The translations under genes were made by a program, and so were the position numbers. This document shows positions 51,191 through 62,779 of a DNA stretch of 64,000 nucleotides, in pieces (position 1 is the stretch's first letter; each line of letters starts with the position of its first letter). The stretch is taken from the NCBI GenBank assembly GCA_000708835.1, contig DF237405.1, positions 11,718 through 75,717 of the forward strand, given 5' to 3'. This DNA is from Klebsormidium nitens. Taxonomy: Eukaryota > Plantae > Klebsormidiophyceae. Below the pieces are notes generated by a model that saw only the letters and a program-made list of their open reading frames with translations, was not told the origin of the DNA and searched no databases.

Positions 51191-51758
51191 GCTTTCCAGT
51201 GCTCTGGAAGATTCACCAGTAGAAAGTGTCATGTTCTGCCCTTTCTTCTGGACTCTAGAGCAATGCCCTTGACAGGATGTCCCCAATGCAGAGCTTTGTC
51301 GCTATCATGAATCAGTCAAGACGTGAATTTATGGAGAGCTACAAGACCAGCCGCCGCTGTCGCAAGCAGCTCAAGAAGGCTGGATTAATTGTCCTGACTT
51401 CAGGTTGGGGAAAAGCTGGTGCTTTTTTTAGGCTCTCTTAAAACATAGCGTGTGCATTCTCTTTATGTGTGCACTGCATGCACTGCCAAGTGGCCACTTT
51501 CAAGTTTAGGGTATAGATGTGAGAACTTGAGTCCGTTTCAGATCCCCTCTCTTCGGTCCTTGTAATCCTTTTTCCACCTCGTCCCTGATCAGAGCTCTCG
51601 TCTTTCGATCAGATGTCAGCAGTGCTTGCCAGGGCAGGAGCGTGCTTGCCGTTCTGGCGTTCTGCCCTGGGCCTTAGGTACCTAAGAACTTGAAATCAGA
51701 GGTGTCAAACAGTCAAAGCCTCTACCAAATTGAGGCTAGGACACCATGATGCGCCCTT

Positions 51759-51841
51759 TTTGAATTTGAAATTTTGATATGCACTTTCAAATTGCGATAA
51801 CATCCAACCGTCAATTGAAACTCAAAACAAACTTTGAACGG
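51759..51841. promoter_or_regulatory. Cluster of TTTGAA/TTCAAA hexamers plus an AACGG core in the SAS6/GH17 divergent promoter
   Basis: TTTGAA at 51759, 51765 and 51833; TTCAAA at 51786; AACGG at 51837. Confidence 0.3.
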
Positions 51842-52102
51842 TTCCAATCATCGGCCTCGTGTTGATTCGCGCCAGGCCCCAGGGCTCATGCTGGAATTCT
51901 GGCATTTGCGCGTACACCTAGTTTCCAGCATGACATCTGGAGGAGCTCTTCCCTCTTCCCTCTTCCCTCTTCGGACTTCCCTCTTCCTCTTCAAGTTCTG
52001 GTACTTTTTTGTCTTTCATCCAACTGACGCAGTTGCTAAAGTCCTTCTGCCCATCCTGACTGCCTGTCAGTGTTAAAACGTGAGACAAGGGGCATACGAC
52101 AG

Positions 52103-55100
52103 ATGGCGGGACGCAAATACTGTTTCCTGATGGACACACTGCAAAGTCAGCTGTTTTGCATCTTTTTCTTCGCCAGCGGGCTCTTTCTTGGTGGAACATG
52201 GACCGCCGATGCCGCAAACTCTACCGCTCTTGCCAACACCACACTCGCCCTTAATATTACTGCAAATTCGTCCACTCCCAGTGGTCGAAGCAACTCCACC
52301 GCATCTGTGGGGGCCAACTATGTTGGTGTCAATTGGGGAGTGCTTTCATCACAGCCCCTTCCTGGCAATGTCACCGTACGGATCTTACAGGTATAACAAC
52401 TGACAAAGTTCCTGCCCTACTTTTCCTGCCTACCTCAGCAGACTTCTTTGTTGGCAGCCAAGATTTGGGGGAGGCCCCCATCAGCACATGTGTCAAACAG
52501 AAAACCTATGCCTAGCCAGCTTTGAATTACTGACCAGGAGCTCGCGTTGTTCATCAGATTTTTAACAAATTTTTGGCTTCCTGCCTTTTTCTGAATAGAG
52601 TCTCTTATGAAATGAACTGGATAGTTCAAGGCGCTTGCTTGACTCTCTATAACTCTGCCGCTTCTTCGATTTCAGGATGCGGGCTTCACTTCCGTGAAAT
52701 TCTTCTCGGCACCACCTGAATACCTCCGGGCGCTTGCAAACACAAGTATTGAAGTCCAGGTATGTCACTTGGCGCCTGGTCACTAAAGAGTTGTCAATTG
52801 TATGGTCAGTAGCCGTCCATGTTGTTCCACTATTGTAATCTGTAGATGGGGGCACCTGAGCTTTGAATAAACGCCCTCAGAAATGATGGTAAAAGCAGGG
52901 GCTATGAGCACACTGCAGTTGTTTAGCCTGTCTTTGACTCATGGCCACCATCAGCTTTCTAAAGGCACCACTCCGCTGACAATCTGTTCAAAAGTTTGAG
53001 CTTGTTTTTTCTGTCTCCAGGTGCTCATGCCTTTGGACCAGGTCATGAACGTCTCCAGTTACAACCAGTCTCTTGCCCTTGCACACACCAATGCCCTGGC
53101 TTGGGTGGACGCTAATGTGGTGCTGTGGATCAGACAAGGAGTTAACATAACCTCCCTAGCGGTCGGGAATGAGCCGTTTGTTCTTGGGTAAGCCAATCAA
53201 GCAACCATCTTGCATCGTCGCACCTCAGCTGTGGTTAGCCCCCACCTGCAGTCACTTGCAGCTGCCTGGTGTGAAGGCATCTTCTTCCAGCTTGCTCCCA
53301 CAGTGTAAAATGAATCTGTTAGCAGGGATGCCGGTGGTGAGTAGTTTGCGGTGGCAATCTTCATGCACCAGACGGAATTGTGCCTTTGCCGCCTGCAGGT
53401 TGAATGTGACATTTGGGGCGTATGTGATGCCCGCCGTGCGGAGTGTCTATTTTGCGCTGCAGCAGCGGGGCCTGAACGACACCGTCAAGTTGACGGTGCC
53501 CATGGACGCGGGCAGCACCTTTGGCAACACGTATCCCCCCTCCGTCTCTGAATTCCAGGAGCCCATGAAGCCCATCCTGCTGGACATGCTGCAGTTCCTG
53601 GCGCAGACCCGCTCCTTCCTGACCCTGAACCTGTACCCGTTTGTCTCGCTGAAGGTGCGCCATTCTTGCACAGAGAGTGCCCTTCTTGGACCCCAGTGTC
53701 TCACTCATGCCCCCTGCTTCATTGACGTCCCGTCAGCTGTAGAGAACAATGGGTGTTGGAGGCGTCATGAACAAAGCTGCCAGCAGTTGTGTCGTCATCT
53801 CCGAATGTATCTGCTTCCTTACAAGTGGCGTAATAGGCTGTCTGTACCATTTCTTAGTATTTGTCATTCTCTGTAATTTTGTCTAGCGAGGCGCACAAAC
53901 ATTTGTCTTTCATATTGCCCGTGGCGAACCAAGGTCAAGGTCGTACACCGTTGTTGACCAATTCGTGTTGAACTCTGTACGCAGTATGACAACACTATTG
54001 ACATCGATTTTGCGGTGGGGAGACCTGGACACGGGTTCACGGATCAAGGGTATTACTACTCCGATCTTCTGTCCGCCCAGATCGACGCCACATATATTGC
54101 AATGAATAAGTTGTACCCGCAAGGTGCTCAGAACGTTTCATTGCAGGTGAGCGAATCTGCAGACCGAAAACGGTTGGACACTTTGCCCTCTTTATGCGCC
54201 TGACTAATCCGGCATGTGTGCAACTGAAGATATCGTTTGTTAGAGTGCTTTTAGTATCTCGTTTCGAAGGAGGACATGTCGAGCTGGCTTCCGACACTAC
54301 CGCAGCCTTCGACTGACTGACCGCATCCACCTTTCATCCAGCTGGGCGAGACTGGCTGGCCCAGTGCAGGCGGCTATGGCGCCACTCTCCAGAACGCGAG
54401 CGACTATTTGACCTACAGCGTCTCGCCCCTTGCCGGTGGGCAGGGCACGCCGCGGTACCCCAACCGCACCGTCAAATCCTACATCTTTGCTTTGTTTGAT
54501 GAGGACCTGAAATACACCATCGGCATTGGGGATTACGAGTTGCACTGGGGGCTGCTGTATGCGAACGGGACGGTAAGCGTCTCGATTTCGGAGGGTCAGA
54601 TAGCAAGTTTTCAATGTCAGGTTGAGAAGCGTGGAAACGTTTGGTGGCTCTGTATGTTCTGCAAAAGTGAGTTCGAAAACTCTTATGTCACCTACAAAGT
54701 TTCGAGTGAGATAGAGAGGACGAGACTGCAATCTGGTGAATCGACAGCCCGCCAAAATTGGTAGGCACATCCAGGGGGCCTATGGGACAGAGGAGATCAG
54801 GTTCCAAGAGAAGAGGAGCCTATCTTGATCTGTGATGCCGCTCGAAAGGTGCTCTGGATTTGACGTCCTTTCTTGCTTCTTCTCACAGTCTAAGTATGCG
54901 GGCAACTCGTCATCGGGGGTCCCTGCCGCGGCGCCGTCAGGAGCACTGTCGAACACCACCGCACTCGCCCCATCAGCGGCCAACAGCACCAGCCGGACCG
55001 GGACCTGGTGCATAGCGGTTTCGAGTGCAGACTCGCAACAACTGACTGCGGGCCTCAACTATGCGTGTGGGCCAGGGGGTGCGGATTGCACTGCAATCCA

Positions 55101-55590
55101 GCCAGGGGGGCCGTGCTACGTGCAGCTGGGGGTGGCCAATCGCGTACAGGTTTGTAACTTAGCTATATTTTTGACGCTGATTTTTGACGCTGATTGTGTA
55201 TCATGCATAATGTTGGTCGAGCCTCGTTTCCGCTTGTAAGTAAGCCGCAACACGTTCTTCGTGTTGGCGTCGATTTCAATGTTCGCAAGGCGATCTGATG
55301 CTTTGGCCTACTTCTGCCACGTCAACATCGAGCAGCATTTTGCCTGCTGGTTCGTGACAATCAGGACGGCCCATCCGACATGCTTCCTCGAGCTACTCTG
55401 TTGGTTATGCAAAGACGTCGAACTGATTTGTTGTGCCCTTGATTCTGCGCAGTCGTTTGCATCGTACGCCTACAACAGCTACTATCAGTCGCACAAGTTG
55501 GATCCCGGGGCATGCTTTTTCAACAATACTGCCGTTCTGACAAGGGTAGATCCGTCCCCAAACAGCAGCTGTCAATACCCAAGCTCGTAA
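52103..55590 (+). CDS. Glucan endo-1,3-beta-glucosidase (GH17) with C-terminal X8/CBM43 domain
   Basis: Signal peptide, then VGVNWG, ITSLAVGNEPF (acid/base Glu), KLTVP..YPPS, FLTLNLYPF, GETGWPSAGG (nucleophile Glu) and YIFALFDEDLK..ELHWGL. The X8 domain reads WCIA..LNYACGPGGADCTAIQPGGPCY..ASYAYNSYYQ..ACFFNNTA..SCQYP. Confidence 0.95.
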
Positions 55591-56758
55591 CTTGTTCCGG
55601 TATGGCTTAACTTAACAGGTCAGTTGTTACAGTTTCGGACTTTGAAAAGTTCTGAGTTGAATTTTAGACCTATTTTCGGTTCTTAGCGATTAAATTATTG
55701 TGAGAGTGGCATGTAGCTTTAGACGAGGCAAAAAACAGAGGTAGATGACGGTATCATCCTGAGTACAGGAAGACACGGCAAGAGCAAGTACAAGCAGAGA
55801 CCTTATGAAAGCATCACTGATCAGAAAATAATCTACATTCGTATCTTTGTGACTGTTTGCACTTAATGAACAACGCTTTTAAGTTATCAGTGGTAGCCAT
55901 CCAAGGCGCACTTGGCTGGACATGCATGCTCATGTGCTTGCATGGTCATTACCATATGAAGATGTACAAGGTGCTTTTCTCCAAGATCTTTCGACCTGGT
56001 GTACAATTGCCAGCGGCCATACTAGGCCCTGCGACCGTTCCGGTCAGGACTCAATGCCCAATTCTATATACACAAACATGACCATAAAAGTATACGCATG
56101 TGGCATGTCGGGCTGACAAGCTAATCATCAGTACACCTACGTCATGACTGCAGCATATTCACGAATATATATTACATGGAGAATTTCCATAACATGCATG
56201 GCGGTTCGAGCAGGCTGCAGGTAGCTGTCTAGCTCGATCCATGATGCATGCATGGGCCATGCCTGCAGCATATAGGTGATTGCAGATCAGCGCGCTAGCC
56301 GCCTTGTACTCACCGTCTAATTGCAGATCGTTACAGATATTTAAGACTTTGAGACTAGGTACCTACTAGCTCCGATATATCTACAAGGATGCTGGCCCTC
56401 GACCAATACAATCTCCCAGGCTGAGCCCCAGATATCGCGCGTCGATCATGCGATGTATATATATACGCGCATCGTACAGCTCCGTGACCAACAACATACT
56501 TAATCCATCTCCGCAGGTCCAAAGCTCATGATGGCTGGATAACTTCAGTTCCATGAAGGGAGACAACTCATGGCATATACCGTGCGGGCTGCCAGACAAA
56601 GTGTATGCAGCAATTGCGGTGTAAAAGTGGCAGTATTGATCGGCTAGCGACAGCTGATCTACTGCTTCACTTTCACCGTGACCAATTTTCGTCGAAGTGA
56701 CACGGTCACTTTGATATGTGACAGAGTTAAAAAGGCAGTTCAACGGAATCTGAAGTGT

Positions 56759-58241
56759 TCAACGGTACACAAATCCAGCGCCTCTCTGAGCTGCTTTCGT
56801 CAGCATTGGAGAGTAGCCCTCCTGGTTGACATGCACTACTTGCAATGCTTCGAAAGAGCAGTCACCTGAACCCACGACGCGACCCACTTCGTCCACCTCC
56901 CCTGTTCGCCGTCTCCGCATCAGCTTCTGCTCGAACTCAATCTCGCCAGGGTTTATAGCATAGGTGAGCAGGATGCCGTCCTCCTTGACTTGGGTGTAAA
57001 CCGGTAAGGTTAACCGCGGCGAGTACTCTAGCAGTATCACCACATCGTAAGGTGCAAACTCCGGCGCCCCCGCCCGCCCGTCCCCGACCACGAAAGACAG
57101 CGCGCCCGCGTCAACGAGCTTCTGCGCAGGCGTCTGCTGAACACTCTTCCGCATGGCGTAGATGAGCTCCGGAATGTGGTCCAGGGCCACCGCTTTCCCT
57201 CTCTCGCCCACCAGGAGTGCCATGCAAGCGGTCAGGTAGCCAGAACCGGAGCCTACTTCGAGCACGCGCGCCCCAGGTTGCAAGTAGGGCTCTAGCGTTT
57301 CCAGGACTTTTGCATGATAGCTTGGCTTCTGCAGACATCGTGCATGGGGACTAATTGTCAGAGGCGCTAAAAACAGACTATGTTGAGTGGCTCTGAAGAA
57401 GACGATGACGTGATTTGGAGGACCGAAGGCCCCCAAGAATCTATTTCACTGCAGTAGCTTGGAGGGTTCAACCAGCAGAAAAGTTCAAGGGGCATTTGAG
57501 CCATCGATCACCTTGTTGTTCTCATAGCAGCCTTCACTTTCAGTCCTACCATACCACTGGTGATTTTATGTTTGATCAATCAGGCCACATCGACGACTCT
57601 CAAAGCTTCAAGGGCAATTCAGACAGACAGTTGAAGCATGGAGTTTGCGGCGCCCTCACGTGCATAAACGTGTTGTAGCCCAGCTCCACCACCAGATTGG
57701 AGTACCGCCCAATGGTGGCGGTCTCCGGCATGAAAGCCCCCCGGTCAATGTCATGCATTGCCTTTTCTACCCTGTCCGACACAAAATACCCCTCTCGCCG
57801 CAGTCGCTCCAGCAGCTCCCGCTTCTGCTGCCTGGGCCCAATCCCATAATCTGGCCACTCAGTCGGCCGGCCGTACAGCTGGATTGGCTTTGTGGCCTGA
57901 ACCTCGTGCTTTGCCTCTGGGTCACTCTCCTGCAGCCGGCGCGCTTCTGCTGCCAGAGGTCGTTCTGCAAAAGAGCCTTCAAAGGCACATATAGTACTGC
58001 ATCCCCCATGCCTCCGAGCATTTACTCCAACCGGTTTTCTGCCTGGTCCTCCGCGCGCATACTTAGCAGGCTGGGCTGAGAGGCGACGACCAACTTTCAA
58101 GCTCGGAGCTGGCAGGGGCGTTCTGAAAGGGGAAAGATTCGCAATCGTAGGATTGCAGTCCAGCATTGGACTCTGAGAAGGGTTCAGTGCAATGGGGCAA
58201 TGAGCGCCATTTCCCAGGCGAGCAGCGAAGCTGGTTGCCAT
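56759..58241 (-). CDS. PIMT: Protein-L-isoaspartate O-methyltransferase-like, divergent, with a probable plastid transit peptide
   Basis: Two exons (58241-57660 and 57328-56759) give LLERLRREG..DRVEKAMHDIDRGAF, YLQPGARVLEVGSGSGYLTACMALLVGERGKAVALDHIPEL and VGDGRAGAPEFAPYD. The first about 85 aa are Ser/Arg/Ala-rich and acid-poor. Confidence 0.82.
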
Positions 58242-58793
58242 GTCTAGGAGCCTTCTAGAACAGTGCAGCCTTCTCTTCAGCAGAGCACCCCAGGCAGCGC
58301 CACCACCATCGGCGTGAAGCACCACAATGATGCCAAACGTTCACAGATTACAGTCTCTCGCACACTGCAAACTCTGCTGCTCAGCCTGCTCAGGCTGCTG
58401 CATAACAGCGCCGCCTCTAAACAAAGTGCACATGGTATCACCCGTACTGCCCCATGCATGAGCCTGATGAGGCATAGTGGCTGTTCAAACTTCGAACTCT
58501 TCTTCAAAGGGGGTGGCAGGATCCTGGATTTGACCGGACGGTTCAAGTTGGTAAAGGTTATAGGCAATGCAAGGGAGTAACTTCATCAATTACCGCGAAA
58601 CAGTGGACTGTGGACCCCAGTCTAGATCGAACTCGACAATCGGAAGCCCCTGATTCCAGCGGAATCTGCTGCAGTCTCATGCCATTTATAACCGGTTTCA
58701 CATCTTGCATAACAAACCCAAAACTTGACCAAGCGCTTTCTTTGCACAGAATCTAGCGAAAGGCTTTCAAAGGAAGCCATTTTTTGCATGTCT

Positions 58794-58976
58794 CTTCAAT
58801 TTAGGTAAAGTAAGCTCTAGGTAAAGTAAGCTCCCAGCCTAACACTAAAAACCTAACCCTGAAAATCACCCGCTCCGCACCCGAACCCACCCTAACCCCC
58901 TAACTAACCCTACCCGTCCCAGGCTGACAGGCTGCTTGGCTTACTTTACCTAAACCTTACTTTACCTAAATTGAAG
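58794..58976. mobile_element. MITE, copy B of the telomere-like-core family
   Basis: 21-bp perfect TIR cttcaatttaggtaaagtaag / cttactttacctaaattgaag, with TCT on both flanks (3-bp TSD candidate). The subterminal taggtaaagtaag is duplicated at each end, and the core is shared with 30577-30652. Confidence 0.8.
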
Positions 58977-59232
58977 TCTTATATTTTTTGCCATTCCTTC
59001 AGCAGTAAGACACGCAACTACTGAAAGCATGTGTCTTACTGCTTTTCAATGTTGAAAACAGTGGAGAATTGACGACGCTATAGCACTCCGTCTTTTGCGC
59101 AACCAAGGAGGACGCCATTGCCAAACCCTACAACGTGTGGTTGCGATTGCTCGATGATCACGTGGCAGTGCAAGATGTGGGACCGGCTATAATCGGCATG
59201 AGAGTGGCGCTGCACAGCGCCATGCCTTGGTA

Positions 59233-59522
59233 CCCGTAGTCCAAAGTGATGATTCCGAATAAATAGATAATTATTTGCAATCGGAAAGTCAAAAATTCGG
59301 ATTTCCCATTCGGAAAGTGGATTCTCGGAAAGGTAAAATAACCTTGAAATGGTCCTCGGAAGCCGTAAACTGTTAAAAATAGCCAAAAACTCCCCATTTA
59401 AGTGAGACCATAGGGCATTCGGATTGTTTTCGGAATCAGCATTAATAATTCCACTTTCCTGGTCGGATTGTTGGAAAATATTCGAAATAAAATCTTTTGG
59501 AATCATCACGTTGGACTACGGG
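59233..59522. mobile_element. MITE with 24-bp TIR and TA target-site duplication (Tc1/mariner-type)
   Basis: CCCGTAGTCCAA(A/C)GTGATGATTCC is inverted at both ends with 1 mismatch. TA lies at 59231-59232 and 59523-59524, and the interior holds many TCGGA(A) motifs. Confidence 0.85.
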
Positions 59523-60170
59523 TATACGCACGGGCTTTCATAAAATTGTCCGTTGCATATTAGAACCCGGCTGTCGCAGGGGGCTAGGCCCTGAATGGTC
59601 CGAGTTTGCATTGTCCCCGTCGGATGAACGGACCCTGCTTATCGGATGGCCGTAGGCCTGTCGACATTCGGAAACGAGGCCCTGCAGTCGAGCGCAGGCT
59701 GGTTAAACTGGTTAAAATGTACCTCTGTTGAAGTCTGGGGGCCTTCTGCACCAATTACGAAGTTATATACGGTTCACAACGCCTCGAGAACTCGCCACGG
59801 CTTGGGCCTGGCAAGATATCCGATCATCCAGAACGGCGAGATGGTCAGACGGCGGGATGATAGCTCATTATGACATCGCATGGTCCAGCTATATGAGCGC
59901 AAGTGTCCATATTACTCTATATTAGAATATTACCCAATCATGGCGTTGAATGGTTATGTGCAAGAAGCGGATCTTCAAGTCGAATGGCACATGTACTTAA
60001 TCAATGCTTGTAGTTGAAAGCATACGATATGACACAAAGGGAATTTGCAATCACAATTGGCTCATATCAATTATGGTTTACAACGCATCTGATATTGGAT
60101 ACCACAGAATAGGCTGAAGGCGCGCAGCGGGAACGTGGTAGAACGTCTTGAGTCTTCAAAAGACAATTGT

Positions 60171-62779
60171 CTAAATGATACAACAATGGAGCGGCTGTAA
60201 ATGTGTACGTTGGCCCAATCTAAGACTGTCTGCAATATCCAATGCACGACAGGACTGCATTTGATCATAACCGAAGGCCTGCAGAGGAGCGAAGCCTGAA
60301 GTCAAGCACTGAAGCTCCAACGTCAAATAAAGTAATAAAGTCAACAAGCGACCCACACGTATCCATCGCATTTGCCGATGTCAGACTGCAACTGGCAGAG
60401 CGCGAAGCACATGATAAAGCTAGATATAAAGAGCAGATTGCAACAACTTTGGCAAGGTTTTTGATGAACAGCACAGTGTGAACAGCAGAGTCATGTAAGT
60501 TTGCACTGAGAATCGGGTGAGTAACATAACGACGATCTCGACGGTTGGAGGCTTGAGTCAATGAATGAGACGAGAACTGAGGAGACGCCAGAACAAATAG
60601 ACTGTTCAAAGGACCTGGACTCATGGTCAGATTGGAGAGGAGCCTTGAATTGCTCAATGGGTATCCGATGCAATCCTACAGATGGCCGCCAAACTCACCG
60701 AATTCGAATACGATGCTGATGGAATCTGTCCCCTACGGACAATGTCAGAAGAGCTCAAGCCGCCTCGTACAGCTAAGCATGTTGTTGCTTGAAGGATTGG
60801 GTGCAACTTGTTTTGAGAGGCTCGGCAAGTCGACGGAGAAGTCCTGCAAGGGGCGACAGATTGAGCAACTCTGATGTTTGCCAACACATTTTCAGAAGGT
60901 ATGAAACGAGATTGCAATACTCGCACAGCAAATCGATGACGTGGATACCAACAGCTGTGTACCCTGTTCATTGGGAAACTGATTGGAAGTAGAAGAGTGT
61001 CTGATTGTGGGGTGCTAGGTCATAAGGAGAAAGACCGCGAGTGGCAAAGAAACCTCGTACCTGGCGCAATGTAAAGCGAGTTTAGATGCGCAGATGATGT
61101 AAAAAACATGTACGAGCAGTAAATACTCATCGGAAGCTGTCAGAAAAAATATAAGGTGTCAGCGGCAAAGATTGAACCGTCAAGAGCGCTGAACTGCTGA
61201 AATGAAAGCTCTGGATACGTAGCAGCCGGGCGACTCAAACCGCAATGTGATACGTGGAAGTCACCTATGGCACACTGGGGAAAAGCGAAAAGAGTGTCTC
61301 AAAGAGTCAAACTTGCTTTATGGATTTGTCACGGCTCCCAAGAGCAGAAATTCAAAAAGTACTAAAAGCTTTGAGCTGAGTTGGATGCATGTTGAATGGT
61401 TCAAAACAAACGAGAAAGCGAGTGCAGATACATTGTCACCAGAGCAGCTGAGGTTGATTGTGAATGTCCAGATACAGTAACCAAAAGTTAACTCGGGCGC
61501 CAACAAATCACCGAAGAATGGAGGGCAAAGCAAGAGCTGAAGAACCTAGAGCTGACAATCAACTGGGAGGTTGGTTCAAAGAACGAGATACAGAAGTTGC
61601 AAGGAGCGAGGCATAGCAGAGTACAGGCTTCTCTTAACAACGTCATATCATCAAGTTCATTCTCTGCCACTAGAATATGGTCAGCATAACGCGTCAAAGC
61701 GAGTAGTTCGTCCCAGAGGTTGAAAGGAACAGATAACCTTAGCATGTGCAGCTTCGATTGAGTGAACTTACTGTCCAGATAATGTTGACAGCTGAGTTGA
61801 GCGCCAGCAAAGACTCGTCGTACGGGCAGCAAGCGAACGCTAATAAGGAGCTATGCGAAGCGAAGCAAGTCGCCGAGGAAGCGTTCAACGAAGATAGAGG
61901 TCTGGCGAAGAGAGAACGATTCGGGAACTGGAGTACGCAAGCTCCACTTTCCCAGTCCTGCAGCAGAAAATTGAGGTTAGAAATGGTTTTCATGCTGTAG
62001 ATCCAGAAGTGAAAAAGTCACAAAACAGATTGGAATGCATAACATGAGACTGCGATATGAACAACGTCGCTAGACAAGTCGGGCGCCAGCGAAATCTCAC
62101 TTTGCATGAGGAGCAAAGCCTGCAACTGAGGCCAGACGAAGTGGATGGAGCGCAGCGAAGCAGCGTCAGCATTTTTAAAGGTACATCAGAGTGGTTTCTG
62201 AAACTGGAGTACACAAGCTCCAGTTCAGCCTGCAGACAAAAATGAAAAAGCCTGAGTGTTTGGAACAACAGGTAAGATGGAGTACATTGACTGAATCATC
62301 AGGGCAATAACATCGACAACAACACCCACGCCAATGCGCAGAACTTTGCTGGCAATGAGAAGCACCATTGAGTGCATTTGTTCTGCCTTGCCCTGCTTCC
62401 TAGACAATGCTCAAAGTTAGCCACAAAGTCTGATTGAACCTGATGAAGCCCTCAAAGATGCCACATTCTTACCTGGCACCAGCAGTTGCCAAAGGTGGTC
62501 ATCAACTTGGTGTGCCCACCGGAGGAGCCCACGACGCCCGCGCGCTTCATTGGCTGCCGCCATTTGAGTAAGACCTGAGTCGATCGCACTGACTTGGAAA
62601 AGGAGAAAGTGGGTCCTAGACTCCCAGATTGAGTAGGAAAGGAGGTGAAGCATTACAAAAGCGGCGTGCAAAGGCAAGCTGATCTCAAGAAATTCTCGAA
62701 TGATCGAATGAACAAATGACCCAAGCTTACAAGTTGGCAAAGCTTGCCAAGCATTGAGCAGATGATTGCCAATTGCCAT
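60171..62779 (-). pseudogene. Possible degenerate multi-exon gene of unknown family
   Basis: Several minus-strand pyrimidine tract + CAG acceptors and GTAAG/GTGAG donors bound short open segments, and one exon start is duplicated (61926-61946 vs 62202-62222). No consistent reading frame could be assembled. Confidence 0.25.

Noticed and set aside
59078-59509. 143-aa minus-strand ORF
   Set aside because: It lies mostly within the non-coding MITE at 59233-59522, with no recognisable motif or transposase signature.
59233-59522. CRISPR-like spaced repeats (TCGGAA)
   Set aside because: The motifs are only 5-6 nt with irregular spacing, there are no cas genes, and the context is eukaryotic.
59570-59700. 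Hammerhead-like ribozyme (ctgaatg ... gaaac)
   Set aside because: The core does not match CUGANGA and the flanking stems could not be formed.
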